Counted from the stretch's first letter, positions 10,454 to 20,429 are shown. The stretch: DNA of 64,000 nt from Candidatus Bathyarchaeia archaeon (GCA_038883855.1 JAVZLH010000003.1:32001-96000); one strand, 5' to 3'. Translations and numbers: made by a program. The notes: generated by a model not told the origin, from the letters alone.

Positions 10454-11482
10454 AACTGCTTTTCTCATGGTTTCTGCTGCTGTTTCTGGTGTGACGGTGT
10501 TTATGTATACGCCTGTGCTTTTTTCGAAGCCTGCCCAAATGGCAAGTTTTGGGTAAACCTCCAAATGCCAATGGTAATGTTCGCGTGCATCTTTATTCAC
10601 AACCGTGTGAAAACCGTAATTGTAGGGCGGGTCATTAACTAGCTCCTTTAATGCTTTAAAACATGTTTTCATTGTTTCAGCGAAGGTTTTCACTTCGGCT
10701 TGCGTCATCTCAAGAAGCGTGATTTGATGTCTTTTTGGAATTATCCAGAATTCCATTGGGTTAACGCTTGCGTAGGGAGCAAAAACCACGAAATGCGAAT
10801 TTTCTAGAATGAGCCGTGGCCCTTCCCGTTCCTTCTCTAGGATTTCGCAGAATATGCATTTCCCGTTTTGTTTCCAGGACTTCTTGCTTGCTTCCAATTC
10901 TTCTTTCACGAGCCGTGGGATGAAGGGAGTAGCGATTATTTGGCTGTGGGCGTGGGAAAGCGAAGCTCCAGCTTCGAGACCGTGGTTGCGGAATATAGAC
11001 ACGTAACGCACATAGGGCTTCGATGAAAGTTCGCGTAATCTATCCAAATAGGCGTTTATAACGTGCACAAGCTGCGGAATCTTAGCGTCTGAAGGATGCT
11101 CATCATGCACAGGCGACTCTATCAGAACTTCATGATGCCCAACAGCATCCGCCAAAACGCCGCCTTTCACACTTTGTTTTTTGCTGGTTTTCTCTTTCGG
11201 CGGAGTGAAAGCCGGAAAGAGATTCGGGAAACAGCGAATAACCCAGTTCTCATGTCTAAAACCGTTTTCATCTTTTGTTTTTTCAATTTTTCCGTCAGAT
11301 TCAAGGTAAACAAGAACAGCCGGCGGAGTCATGTGCTCGTTTCCAGGACAAAAGGGACAAACGCCGGTTCTGGTTTGGGTGATTTCTTTTTTGGCGAAGT
11401 CTGTTGGTCTGCGGCTGCGTTCAGTGGCTATGACAACCCAGCGATCAAGCAGATAATCTTTGCGAAGTTCGTTGTATGTCAT
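10445..11482 (-). CDS. galT: Galactose-1-phosphate uridylyltransferase (HIT family)
   Basis: ELRKD, RSRRP, CPFCPGNE, GASLSHAHSQ, HWHLE, AGFE. Start set at the ATG at 11482. Confidence 0.92.
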   Translation of the reverse strand: MTYNELRKDYLLDRWVVIATERSRRPTDFAKKEITQTRTGVCPFCPGNEHMTPPAVLVYLESDGKIEKTKDENGFRHENWVIRCFPNLFPAFTPPKEKTSKKQSVKGGVLADAVGHHEVLIESPVHDEHPSDAKIPQLVHVINAYLDRLRELSSKPYVRYVSIFRNHGLEAGASLSHAHSQIIATPFIPRLVKEELEASKKSWKQNGKCIFCEILEKEREGPRLILENSHFVVFAPYASVNPMEFWIIPKRHQITLLEMTQAEVKTFAETMKTCFKALKELVNDPPYNYGFHTVVNKDAREHYHWHLEVYPKLAIWAGFEKSTGVYINTVTPETAAETMRKAVST

Positions 11483-11719
11483 TTTGAATTCCAACAAGCA
11501 TAGGATATGTTTTAACAAGATTTAGAGTTTTCCAACATTTTTTGGTTTGAAAAACAGCCAATACAGGATACCCCCCTCTAGATTTTCAGCATAAGCCGTC
11601 TTGTAAAGTCTAAAATGTAAATTTGAGGTTTGCAGTTAGTCCCTATCAACATCCTATGCACGCACAAAAGTGTTAACGAGACTTGATGGAAAGATGTTTG
11701 AAGTTATTGGAATAGTTCT

Positions 11720-12012
11720 AGTTACTACGGATGGATAAAAAGAAAGGAGGGTTGGCGATTTTAATTGTTCTATGAGCGTTCAAACTAAGATTTCTGGCGG
11801 CATCATGGTCTTTCGCATACAAGCTCCAGTAATCCACACCGTTTTCTGGCATGACGCCGCTCACAATGCCCTTCCCTTCTTATGTTTTCAGCGTCATGAA
11901 CCCAAACATACCCGTTAGTATTAACATCCACATTCCGTCCAGCAGAGTCCCCCATTTCAAACCGGAATCCGCTTTCAGAAACTCCCCAAAGGAAGCTTTT
12001 AGGAAACCCCAA
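11720..12012 (-). pseudogene. Relic N-terminus of a GH1 beta-glycosidase
   Basis: MGFPKSFLWGVSESGFRFEMG...WVHDAENI, then after a frameshift near 11870 GIVSGVMPENGVDYWSLYAKDHDAARNLSLNAHR; homology is lost after that. Confidence 0.8.
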
Positions 12013-12052
12013 AGGTATCCTCCATAGCTATTATTGGCTTTCTAACTAAAAA

Positions 12053-12371
12053 GGCGGTGGGTCACTGAGGTTCAGCGCCCAGAATCCGCATAACCCCAAA
12101 GCCCTACACTCGTACCTGCACCCCCTTGAGCGCCGAACGTCCAAGCTTAGGTTGCTCCCTCCCGGGCCTAGCCAGTTTCGCCTGGCAAACGTTGAAGACA
12201 GCTTCCCTACGGAAGCCGCTCAACGACCGCCGACTCCAAGGGACAGGTAGTCTTCGCTTCGGGAGTAAGGGGTTTAAGCAGCCACGGGCGCCTCAGCCTC
12301 AGCTTTCGGCCCGTCGTATAGAGGGTTTACGGTTCAGGGGACCCCTAGCCCCCCGCCTAAGACCCACCGCC
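12053..12371 (-). ncRNA. ffs: Archaeal signal recognition particle RNA (7S RNA)
   Basis: GC-rich 319 nt with an 11-bp terminal helix (GGCGGTGGGTC...GACCCACCGCC) and the helix-8 signature CTAGGCCCGGGAGGGAGCAACCTAAG; TATA-like TTTTATA ~30 nt upstream and a T-run downstream. Confidence 0.92.
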
Positions 12372-12433
12372 CAAAACATTCATGAGTCAACAAAACCTAT
12401 AAAAGTTTATGTGCATTGTAGCTGTTGGACTGT

Positions 12434-12760
12434 TTAGATTTTTTTGAGAGAGTTGTCAAGCCACTCCATATAAGCCTTATAGCCTTTTACAACAGGCAAA
12501 GCAATGATTTCTGGAACCTCATAACTGTGTAAAGTCTTAACCCGCTTAGACAATTCATCAAACAAGTTTTCGCGAGATTTCATTAAAAGAACGTATTCCT
12601 CTGCCCTATCAATTTTTCCAGTCCACCAGAAAAGTGAGTGCACGGGACCTATTATGTTGGCGCACGCAATTAACCTTTCATTTAGTAGGCTATTGGCGAT
12701 TTTCTCGGCTTCTTCCTTGCTTGATGTTGTCACTAAAACAACTATGTGGGTCTTCGTCAA
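12434..12760 (-). CDS. cutA: Divalent-cation tolerance protein CutA
   Basis: LLNERLIACANI, SLFWWTGKI, LHSYEVPEII. Confidence 0.93.
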   Translation of the reverse strand: MTKTHIVVLVTTSSKEEAEKIANSLLNERLIACANIIGPVHSLFWWTGKIDRAEEYVLLMKSRENLFDELSKRVKTLHSYEVPEIIALPVVKGYKAYMEWLDNSLKKI

Positions 12761-13115
12761 GAATTAGCACTCTCCAAGTAAGCCTGTGCAACAGTCAAGC
12801 TTATCTTGATTAGCGAGAAAATGTTTAAACTTTACTAGCTGAGGGTTTTCGCGTTTTAGGTTTCGAGAGGTTGGTAAGGCATAATAAACAACGCTTTGTG
12901 TCCTTACCCCGCGTTCTGTTGGCGGCATAACCCAATTAGGCGGCACCATCAATCCACACCTTAAGATGCCCAGAATTTAAGAAAAAGGAAGAATAGCGGA
13001 GAATGCTAAAACCTAGCTAAAAACAGTTTATGGCTGGTCGGCATCAGCGATGACGTTTCATTTAGAAAGCCTAGAACTTAGCAGAGAAAGGAGGAAGTTA
13101 ACCTATTTTCTTCTT

Positions 13116-14145
13116 TCAGCCGAAGAACACGCTTGCCATGTTGTAAAGCTCCAAATCCACAGTTTTACGCTTGCCAACGACATCGTTTAAAGGAACTGAA
13201 ACTATCCTGTTCCCTTGAAGAGCAACCATAAACCCAAACTTTCCTTCGTGGACAAGGTCGATGGCTGCCACTCCGAATCTTGTGGCCAATATTCTGTCAA
13301 ATGGTGTTGGAGAGCCTCCGCGTTGCAGATGCCCCAAAACAACAACCCGCGTTTCTATGCCTGTGCGTTTCTCAATTTCCTTTCCGAGATAGTAGCCGAT
13401 TCCACCGAGGCTTATGTGACCGAACTCGTCTATGCTCTCGCTGTAAACAACTTCCGTTCCGCCTTTCGGCTTGGCACCTTCAGCCACAACAATTAAGCTG
13501 AAGTTTCTACCCCGTTTCTGCCTACGCCTAATGTATTCACAAACTTCTTCTATGTCGAAGGGCTTCTCTGGAATCAAAATCACGTCTGCACCGCCAGCAA
13601 GCCCAGTCTTTAGGGCGATGTGACTCGTGTATCTTCCCATAACCTCTAGAATCATAACCCTATTATGGGCTTCTGCTGTGGAATGAAGCCTGTCAAGGGC
13701 TTCAGCGGCTATGGTAACAGCCGTATTGAAACCAAAAGTGTAGTCTGTGCCAACCAAATCATTATCAATGGTTTTTGGGACGCCGACGCATTTCAGTCCA
13801 AAATCACCCATTTTGTGGGCTACGCTTAAAGTGTCGTCGCCCCCTATGGTGATAACGGCCTCCAGCCCAGCAGCTTTAGCGTTTTCAACAATTTTTTCTG
13901 GTCCCTTTTCGCGTTTTGAAAGGATTTGTTCTCGAAGTTCCAAGGATGGAGCCTCCGCGGGGAAGGATGCCTGAAACAGCGTCTAAATCTAACTTTTGAA
14001 ACTTACTTTCAAGTAGCCCGCGCCACCCATCCCTTATGCCGACAATCTCATCATTGTAGCATTGAATTCCCTTTCTTACAACAGCACGTATAACTGCGTT
14101 GATTCCAGGCGCGTCTCCGCCGCCGCTTAAAATTCCAACTTTCAT
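13116..14145 (-). pseudogene. pfkA: PfkA-family phosphofructokinase (probably PPi-dependent), split by one frameshift
   Basis: N-half GGGDAPGINAVIR...GGSILGTSRTNPFK; C-half GGDDT, PKTIDND, EVMGR, LGHLQRGG. One extra base in the 4-nt run at 13914-13917 joins the halves. Could be a sequencing error. Confidence 0.85.
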
Positions 14146-15004
14146 TCAGGGCATCCTCCTCAAGCTTTCCTGAACTTCCAAACTCTTTCGGCGAGTTTGC
14201 CAGAACTTCGCGGACGGCTGCTGTGAAGGCAAGTCGCAAGTCAGTGTCAATGTTAATCTTTGAGATTCCCATGGAAATCGCCTTTTTTATATGTTCTTCC
14301 GGTATCCCCTTAGCCCCAGAAAGTTCAGCGCCATATTTTGTGGCTTTTTCAATTATCCACGCTGGCACGCTTGAAGCACCATGCAAAACAAGAGGTATAT
14401 CAACCTTTTTAGCTATTAGCTTCAATCTTTCGAAGTCAAGCTTGGCTTCGCCCTTAAACTTGTAGGCGCCGTGGGAAGTGCCTATGGCAACAGCCAAAGC
14501 GTCAACGCCAGTTCGCTTAACGAATTCTTCCGCCGCATCTGGGTCTGTTAGAATGGCTTCTTTCTCTTCAACAGTTTTCTCCTCAACGCCAGCAAGCCTT
14601 CCAAGCTCAGCCTCAACAGAAACACCTTTAGAATGGGCAAGGTCAACAACACGCTTTGTAAGGGCAATGTTTTCCTCAAAACTTAGAAAGGAACCATCAA
14701 TCATGACCGAAGTGAAGCCCGCTTCTATACATTTGGAAACTGTTTCAAAGTCTTCGCCGTGGTCAAGATGCAGGGACATGGGCACTGGTGTGTTTTCCGC
14801 TGCTGTCCTAACAATTTTTACTAAGTAAGCTAAACCAGCGTATTTTATGGCGCTCGGCGTGACTGCAACTATAACTGGAGACTTTTCTTCAACAGCAGCT
14901 TCCGTAACCGCTAAGAAACTTTCAAGGTTTTGAATGTTGAAGGCGCCGACTGCGTAACTATTTTTTCTCGCAGGTAAAAGTAGTTCACGGTTTGTTACAA
15001 GCAT
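14051..15004 (-). CDS. fba: Class II fructose-1,6-bisphosphate aldolase with a damaged C-terminus (possible pseudogene)
   Basis: AVGAFN, LHLDHG, SVMIDGS, VEAELG, GTSHGAYK, LVLHGASS, KINIDTD. The DPR-containing final helix is missing and the stop codon is lost near 14160. Confidence 0.88.
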   Translation of the reverse strand: MLVTNRELLLPARKNSYAVGAFNIQNLESFLAVTEAAVEEKSPVIVAVTPSAIKYAGLAYLVKIVRTAAENTPVPMSLHLDHGEDFETVSKCIEAGFTSVMIDGSFLSFEENIALTKRVVDLAHSKGVSVEAELGRLAGVEEKTVEEKEAILTDPDAAEEFVKRTGVDALAVAIGTSHGAYKFKGEAKLDFERLKLIAKKVDIPLVLHGASSVPAWIIEKATKYGAELSGAKGIPEEHIKKAISMGISKINIDTDLRLAFTAAVREVLANSPKEFGSSGKLEEDALNESWNFKRRRRRAWNQRSYTCCCKKGNSMLQ

Positions 15005-15016
15005 AGTTTCCCTTTC

Positions 15017-15265
15017 TTATAATATTAATTCAATTAAAATACTTAGAATCTTCTGATCTAAAACAACTTGTTCTTCGTCAATATCAACTAAAGGCAAGTT
15101 CATCTTAGTTAAGGGATAGGGTGTGATTTCAAAATCATATATTCTTCTAGGTCCTGCGTCTTTAGGCTGTTTCAGTTCAAGAAACGCCGGTAGAAGCATG
15201 ATGAGAATAAATGTGGATATCTCCAGAAAGAGCATAAGCATTGTTGAAGTCGGATTCGGAGTCAT
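15017..15265 (-). CDS. Small protein with an N-terminal TM helix, downstream of GT2
   Basis: Hydrophobic segment followed by PAFLELKQPKDAGPRRI; co-oriented just after the GT2 gene. Confidence 0.55.
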   Translation of the reverse strand: MTPNPTSTMLMLFLEISTFILIMLLPAFLELKQPKDAGPRRIYDFEITPYPLTKMNLPLVDIDEEQVVLDQKILSILIELIL

Positions 15266-15280
15266 CCTTCAGACAATTGC

Positions 15281-16565
15281 CCTAATTCATAATATAACAG
15301 TTTCCATTTCCAGAATGGGGGGTTACTCCAGCAGTAGTTACCCTTTCTTTTAAAGATTTTAGAAAACAATATGTCAACAAACGCTATTAGGCATATGCAC
15401 ATGTTGTATACAAAATATAAAGATCATCAATGGAATTAGCCATTGGGCTCTTCTTCGGTTGTCTAAATAAGCGCCAATTCCAACTTCAAAAAAGGGTGCA
15501 AAGTTGCCTATAAAGCTGTATAGAAAAACTGGGATGAAAGCCCAAAGGGCTGTTAGCCATTGAGAGGATTTCAAAAGTAAAAGCGGAATTCCCACAACCC
15601 AAGAAAGCATGACCAGAAGAGGCATAATATATATAACAAGAGTAAGCCGTCAATTTTCTCTTTAAGTTTTAGGTTGCTGCTCTTTAAAACTTTAAAAGAA
15701 TGCTTTATTGCGCATTGCATATGCCCTTTAGCCCACTTGTACCTTTGCCTCCAGTAGGTACGCCAGTTCTCAACAGCTTCTTCGTAGCATTCGGCATCGT
15801 TAACATACCGAATCTTATAGCCAGCAAGATAAACACGAAAAGTTAAGTCGGTGTCCTCAGCCAAAACGGATTCATCCCATCCTCCTAAAGACCTTAATAG
15901 GTCGTGTCTGAAGCCTCCAACTGTTCCGCCGAACTGCGGTATAAGCCCGAGAATATCCCGCGCATTCTGGTCAACAAGATATCCGCCTATCCTTTCAAGC
16001 GCTACAAGTCTTGTAACCACGTTTTGGGGGTTCATTCAACACAATAATTCTGCCTTGAACAGCTCCAACTTTTGGGTCTGCAAACTCTCTCGTGAGTTTT
16101 TTCCAAAATGTCTCTTTGAGGGTAATAATCCGCATCAAAACACATGATGATTTCATGTTTAGCGTGTTTAAGTCCAGCGTTAAGTGCAGAGGCTTTACCT
16201 CGACCTCCTTCATGTTGATTTCTATGCACCACATTGATGAAGTTATATTTCTTTGAGTATTCTTCTGCAATTTGTCCGGTGGCATCTGTTGAAGCATCAT
16301 TAATGGCTATAACTTGTAATTTGTCTTTTGGATACGTCAGCTCGGTCATCCTTTTGAGAATTCTTCCAATAACTTTTTCCTCGTTTAGCGCAGGGATTAA
16401 AATGGAAACAGTGGGCTGACAGATAGTGTCTACAACATTAGTACCTTTTTTATTTTTACCCGTATTCTTAATAACAGTTATAACAAAAATGTAGTGTCTG
16501 ACGAGAGAGGCAACCATTAAGACTACTAAAATGACGAATACTGCTTCTAAAAATTCAATAAGCAT
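15281..16565 (-). pseudogene. Membrane GT2 glycosyltransferase (cellulose synthase/PgaC-like) with multiple frameshifts
   Basis: Fragments in successive frames: VSILIPALNEE, NDASTD, GKASALN, FDAD, VGAVQGR, LAEDTD, QRYKWAKG and TM helices. Shifts near 16100, 16028, 15630, 15410 and 15320. Confidence 0.85.
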
Positions 16566-16972
16566 GCTTATGCCTCAGATTCTCCCTTGAAACGGCAAAA
16601 ATGGTTAGACTCACAGACCAAAAGGAGACAAACCATATGAGATTTAAAAACGGATTGAGAATCATGTATAGCACCTCAAAAGAGCTAAAAAAAGTATTCA
16701 GCGGCAGCGACAGCAAACATAATAAAGAGGCTATTCCAAATCAAGCAAATAACATTTCCCAATAACAACATGCACAGTTTCTTTGTCAATGTCCCATCCA
16801 GAGGAAAGGTGAGAAGGGTGTAAAGGATGTTGAAGATTAAGAGCGTGGATGTCAATTCGGTGCTTGTGCGAAAGAAAAATGAGAGTGCAAATGAAACCAT
16901 TATTCCGACAAAAATGCCAAACGTTAAATGGTCTGTTCTGAAACCGCCTTTCTTCATTTTCATTTGCAACAC
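16556..16972 (-). pseudogene. Small multi-pass membrane protein with a frameshift in a 7-nt run
   Basis: The ORF ends EYFF*. Removing one base from the run at 16687-16693 extends it with SSFEVLYMILNPFLNLIWFVSFWSVSL to a stop overlapping the GT2 start. Confidence 0.6.
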
Positions 16973-17057
16973 GACTTCCAGAGCTTTGTTATAGAAGATT
17001 ATATAAAAAGCTTATACAGAAACCTTAAAATTTACGCAAAAACACGCGATCAAAATG

Positions 17058-17672
17058 CTAAGTTGTCTCCGACTTAAGCACGATGCTGTCTATCACTTTG
17101 CATAGAACTTGAAAAACTTCTTCGGGTGTCAAGTTATCAGTGTCCAAAACTAGGTGAAAGGGCGAAAAATCTTCCCCGAGGTCGAAACCGTAAAGCTTTT
17201 TGTAAATGTTTTTTGTTCCCTCTTCTTTTCTTTTTATGGCCTCTAAGGCTTCTTGAACAGTCACGCCATCCCTTTTAGCTATTCTCTCTGCTCTCTTCTG
17301 AAGGGAGGCTTCAAGCCATATTTTGAAACCCTTCTTTAAAAGCCAAGGCATAGCCCAACTGTCTAAAACTACATTTCCTTGCTGTGCTAGCTCCATCAGT
17401 TTTTTGTCAACTGCTTCATCAAATTTTGGGTTATTTTCCCTTTCTTTTATAAAACGTATGCCTTCTTCGCTTTCCCACCATCCGCGTTTAAAAGGCTCGT
17501 GGCCTTTTTCCGCAGCTAGTTCTTTCAGCGCTTCGCCGCCAGAATAGTATTTCAGTCCATATCTTTCTGCAAGCTTTTTAGCTACAGTGCTTTTTCCACT
17601 CCCAGCCATCCCTGAAATGCAAATGACAAGCGGTTCTTTGGTTGCTTTTCTGGATTTTCCATCAACAGTCAT
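17058..17672 (-). CDS. cmk: Cytidylate kinase, archaeal type
   Basis: ISGMAGSGKSTVAK, RAERIAKRD, KLYGFD; position after eL34. Confidence 0.92.
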   Translation of the reverse strand: MTVDGKSRKATKEPLVICISGMAGSGKSTVAKKLAERYGLKYYSGGEALKELAAEKGHEPFKRGWWESEEGIRFIKERENNPKFDEAVDKKLMELAQQGNVVLDSWAMPWLLKKGFKIWLEASLQKRAERIAKRDGVTVQEALEAIKRKEEGTKNIYKKLYGFDLGEDFSPFHLVLDTDNLTPEEVFQVLCKVIDSIVLKSETT

Positions 17673-17690
17673 CAGTGTTCCTCAATTGTT

Positions 17691-17960
17691 TTACATTGTT
17701 CTCGCCGTTTGCTTTAAAGCGTTTTTTAGGCAGTTATGACAAACTTGCCCAGCATAAGGACGCCAAACTCTTCTTCTGCTTAGGTTTTGCTTGCTTGTTT
17801 CCGACGAAGTTAAACGTGGAAATCCCGCTATTGGCTTGCCGCACAGAAAACACGAAGGACCTCGTGGTTTTTCCTTTTTAAAGTATACTTTGTTTTCCCC
17901 GCCAGGCAAGGATTTTTCTATGCGCCTTCTGCTTCTTGTGCGTAAATGAGGTTGCGGCAA
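17691..17960 (-). CDS. rpl34e: 50S ribosomal protein eL34
   Basis: RTRSRRR, PGG, CxxC, RPYAGQVCHNC. Confidence 0.92.
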   Translation of the reverse strand: MPQPHLRTRSRRRIEKSLPGGENKVYFKKEKPRGPSCFLCGKPIAGFPRLTSSETSKQNLSRRRVWRPYAGQVCHNCLKNALKQTARTM

Positions 17961-17972
17961 ACTCTCATCCTC

Positions 17973-18419
17973 CTATTCAATGGGCAACATACCCAAAAGT
18001 CTAGAGGAAAGTACTCCAAAAAGCAAGGAACAAATCATGTACCAGTAAATGAATGGTATTCCGCCGATTCCAGGTATATATGCAACATTTCCGCTATACA
18101 TAGGCATTAATATTGGCCAAATTATGAAGTAAATTGGATAAATTCCGAATAAAACTAGTTGCGGTTTAAGTAATTTCTTTTGCATATTCATAATCTGTGG
18201 TTCTTTCTTTTTTATTTTCTCCATTAGCTTCTTGTCCTTTGTGCGCATTGCTTGAGTCAATTGAGCTTGGTATTCAGCGATTTCTTTTTGCATCATCCTA
18301 TATTGCTTCCAGCCAACAAACCTGCTTATCAAGAGGCGGTTAAGGGAAGACACTGCAAAGGAAATAGCTAGACTGATTAACATAACCTCTATTGTAGCCA
18401 TGGGTATTCCAGTACTCAT
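17973..18419 (-). CDS. DUF106/EMC3-TMCO1 family membrane protein (Oxa1 superfamily)
   Basis: TM-coiled coil-TM-TM layout, WYMICS, conserved position after secY. Confidence 0.85.
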   Translation of the reverse strand: MSTGIPMATIEVMLISLAISFAVSSLNRLLISRFVGWKQYRMMQKEIAEYQAQLTQAMRTKDKKLMEKIKKKEPQIMNMQKKLLKPQLVLFGIYPIYFIIWPILMPMYSGNVAYIPGIGGIPFIYWYMICSLLFGVLSSRLLGMLPIE

Positions 18420-18508
18420 GGTATTTCACCTTTCTGCGCATACAAACTTGCTTAATTGCTTTTGTTTAAGTCCAGTTAATAACTATTTTTGCTTCTAGGC
18501 TCACAGTT

Positions 18509-19948
18509 TTATTCTCCAAATATTCTGCGGAAAGCTGGATACATTTCGGCGGCTCTTTCCCTAACCAAAATTTCGTAATACTGATATATTATACCAACAG
18601 AAAGCAGAATGCCCATTCCTGAACCGAAAACTCCTAGAAAATCTGAAATACCAGCAATCAGTCCTACAATTATTCCGCCGAGAACTGTAACTGCTGGAAT
18701 GTAACGCTTAAGAATGGATTCAATAGCCTTTTCAGAGCGTCTGTATCCAGGAATTTGCATGCCGGCATCGACCAGTTGCTTAGCCACGGTCGATGGTCCT
18801 AAACCGCCAACCTCAAGCCAAGTAAGCGAGAAAATAACACAGAAAACAACGAGAATCGTGAGATAACCCAATGCTCGATCTGGACGGGCAGCAACATCTG
18901 CAAGGCTATGCGGTGCTGTAACATAATAAACAAGGCCTCCAACAGGCTCGAGACTGGGCGTGCTACCCTCTGTGTTCCATCTAAACTGCCCTAAAATGTC
19001 AATCCAGAGTATTCCGGTTCCATTCTCTCTTTGACCGCCAAACGTGCTCCAGAAGAGCTGCGAGAAGATGAAGATGTTGGCGAAGAGAGCAGATGCGAAA
19101 ATTACTGGCAAGTTGGATACGTATAGAAGTTTTATTGGGTATCGGCTTCTGAAACCTCTGTAACCAGCATAAGATATGGGTAGTTCAACTCTTACACCTT
19201 CCATGTAAATTATCACCAAAAAGGCTGCTATTGTAGCTATAAAACCTATCAAAGATGGATAGTTTCCCCTTAATAATAAGCCTGTCGCTGGTTTTCCGCT
19301 CATTATTGTTTGCGCTAATGCCACAAAAATTCCATAACTACCATATTCATCAACCGGTGGAGAGGGGTTAAAACATGCAAGGAATATTTGTTGTGCTACA
19401 CCAGCCATTATAAAAAGGCTTATTCCACTGCCGAACCCCCATCCCTTTTGAACAAGCTCATCTAACAACTGCACGATAATTCCAGCAGCCACTAGTTGTA
19501 AGAAAACCATTATTCTTATCGTGCTAGACAAATCACCGTACATTCCGCTGAGTATATAGGCTGTTGCCTGAACCCCTGTGAGAATTATGGCAAGAGCTTT
19601 GCTCGCTGTCGTGAAGAGGCTTCTGTCTTCTGGACGGGACATGTCGCATTCTATCATGGCTGAGCCAACTAAAAGTTGCAGTATTAATCCAGCCGTGACT
19701 ATGGGACCTATCCCCAGCTCCATGAGGGTGCCGTGGCTTGAAGCCCAAATTATTCTTAAAGCACTGAATCGTTCCTCTGTGGTTGAAGGTATGCCATATA
19801 GTGGGGTTACTGCCATAACAAGGTATATTATCACAACTAAAGCTGTCCAGAACAGTTTCTCGTTAAACCGTACTCTCCGTTCTGGAGCCTTTACTTCTGG
19901 TAGAACCCTTGCAATTGGTTTGAACAGGTTTAGGAATCTGCCAGCCAT
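18509..19948 (-). CDS. secY: Preprotein translocase SecY (Sec61alpha)
   Basis: EKLFWT, GTLMELGIGPIVTAGLILQLL, GSGISLFI, YPIKLLYVSNLPVIF, IPGYR. Confidence 0.98.
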   Translation of the reverse strand: MAGRFLNLFKPIARVLPEVKAPERRVRFNEKLFWTALVVIIYLVMAVTPLYGIPSTTEERFSALRIIWASSHGTLMELGIGPIVTAGLILQLLVGSAMIECDMSRPEDRSLFTTASKALAIILTGVQATAYILSGMYGDLSSTIRIMVFLQLVAAGIIVQLLDELVQKGWGFGSGISLFIMAGVAQQIFLACFNPSPPVDEYGSYGIFVALAQTIMSGKPATGLLLRGNYPSLIGFIATIAAFLVIIYMEGVRVELPISYAGYRGFRSRYPIKLLYVSNLPVIFASALFANIFIFSQLFWSTFGGQRENGTGILWIDILGQFRWNTEGSTPSLEPVGGLVYYVTAPHSLADVAARPDRALGYLTILVVFCVIFSLTWLEVGGLGPSTVAKQLVDAGMQIPGYRRSEKAIESILKRYIPAVTVLGGIIVGLIAGISDFLGVFGSGMGILLSVGIIYQYYEILVRERAAEMYPAFRRIFGE

Positions 19949-19958
19949 TGGTTGGTTT

Positions 19959-20426
19959 TCACTCTCCCTCTTTTTCTACCTCTTCCGTTAATTCCTCTTC
20001 TACTTCTTCTGTTAAAATTTCTCCACCAACTTCTTTTATCTTTTCAGCCGCCAACCTCGAGCACGAAGCCACTTTAACTATTAGCGGCTTTGTAATTTTT
20101 CCCGCACCAAGAAGCTTTGTATAGCCAAGGCTTGTTAAGTCTACGAGGAACTTTCCATTTTTCTCTCCAACAGAAATCTTCTTAACAATCTCGTCAAGTT
20201 TTCCAACATTTATAGTTTTCACTTTTCTTTTCAAACTTTTAGGAGATGTAAAACCCTTTTTCCCAAAATATTCCGGTTCATACTTTATGACATAAGACCA
20301 TAGATGTTTATGTCGTCCGGCCTTTCGATAACCTTTGGACCCGGACTTTCTGTGTTGACCTACTCTCCCGTAACCTTGAGTCCTCGAACCCCGCTTTTTC
20401 CTGATTTTTCTAAGTTTATGAGGCAT
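19959..20426 (-). CDS. rpl15: 50S ribosomal protein uL15
   Basis: RKKRGSRTQGYGRVGQHR, YFGKKGF, KLLGAG. Confidence 0.95.
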   Translation of the reverse strand: MPHKLRKIRKKRGSRTQGYGRVGQHRKSGSKGYRKAGRHKHLWSYVIKYEPEYFGKKGFTSPKSLKRKVKTINVGKLDEIVKKISVGEKNGKFLVDLTSLGYTKLLGAGKITKPLIVKVASCSRLAAEKIKEVGGEILTEEVEEELTEEVEKEGE

Positions 20427-20429
20427 TTT

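Noticed and set aside
12053-12371. GC-rich element as RNase P RNA, tRNA or a MITE with inverted ends
   Set aside because: No RNase P P4 motif (GAGGAAAGUCC) and no cloverleaf. The inverted ends are SRP helix 1 and the helix-8 motif is present.
12126-12437. 103-aa + strand ORF
   Set aside because: It is antisense to the SRP RNA; openness is explained by high GC and it has no protein motifs.
12764-12952. Short intergenic ORF (likewise 37376-37579 and 55684-55875)
   Set aside because: No recognisable motifs or supporting context.
13885-13943. Programmed frameshift in pfk
   Set aside because: Only a 4-nt run in a region full of similar indels; error or decay is simpler.
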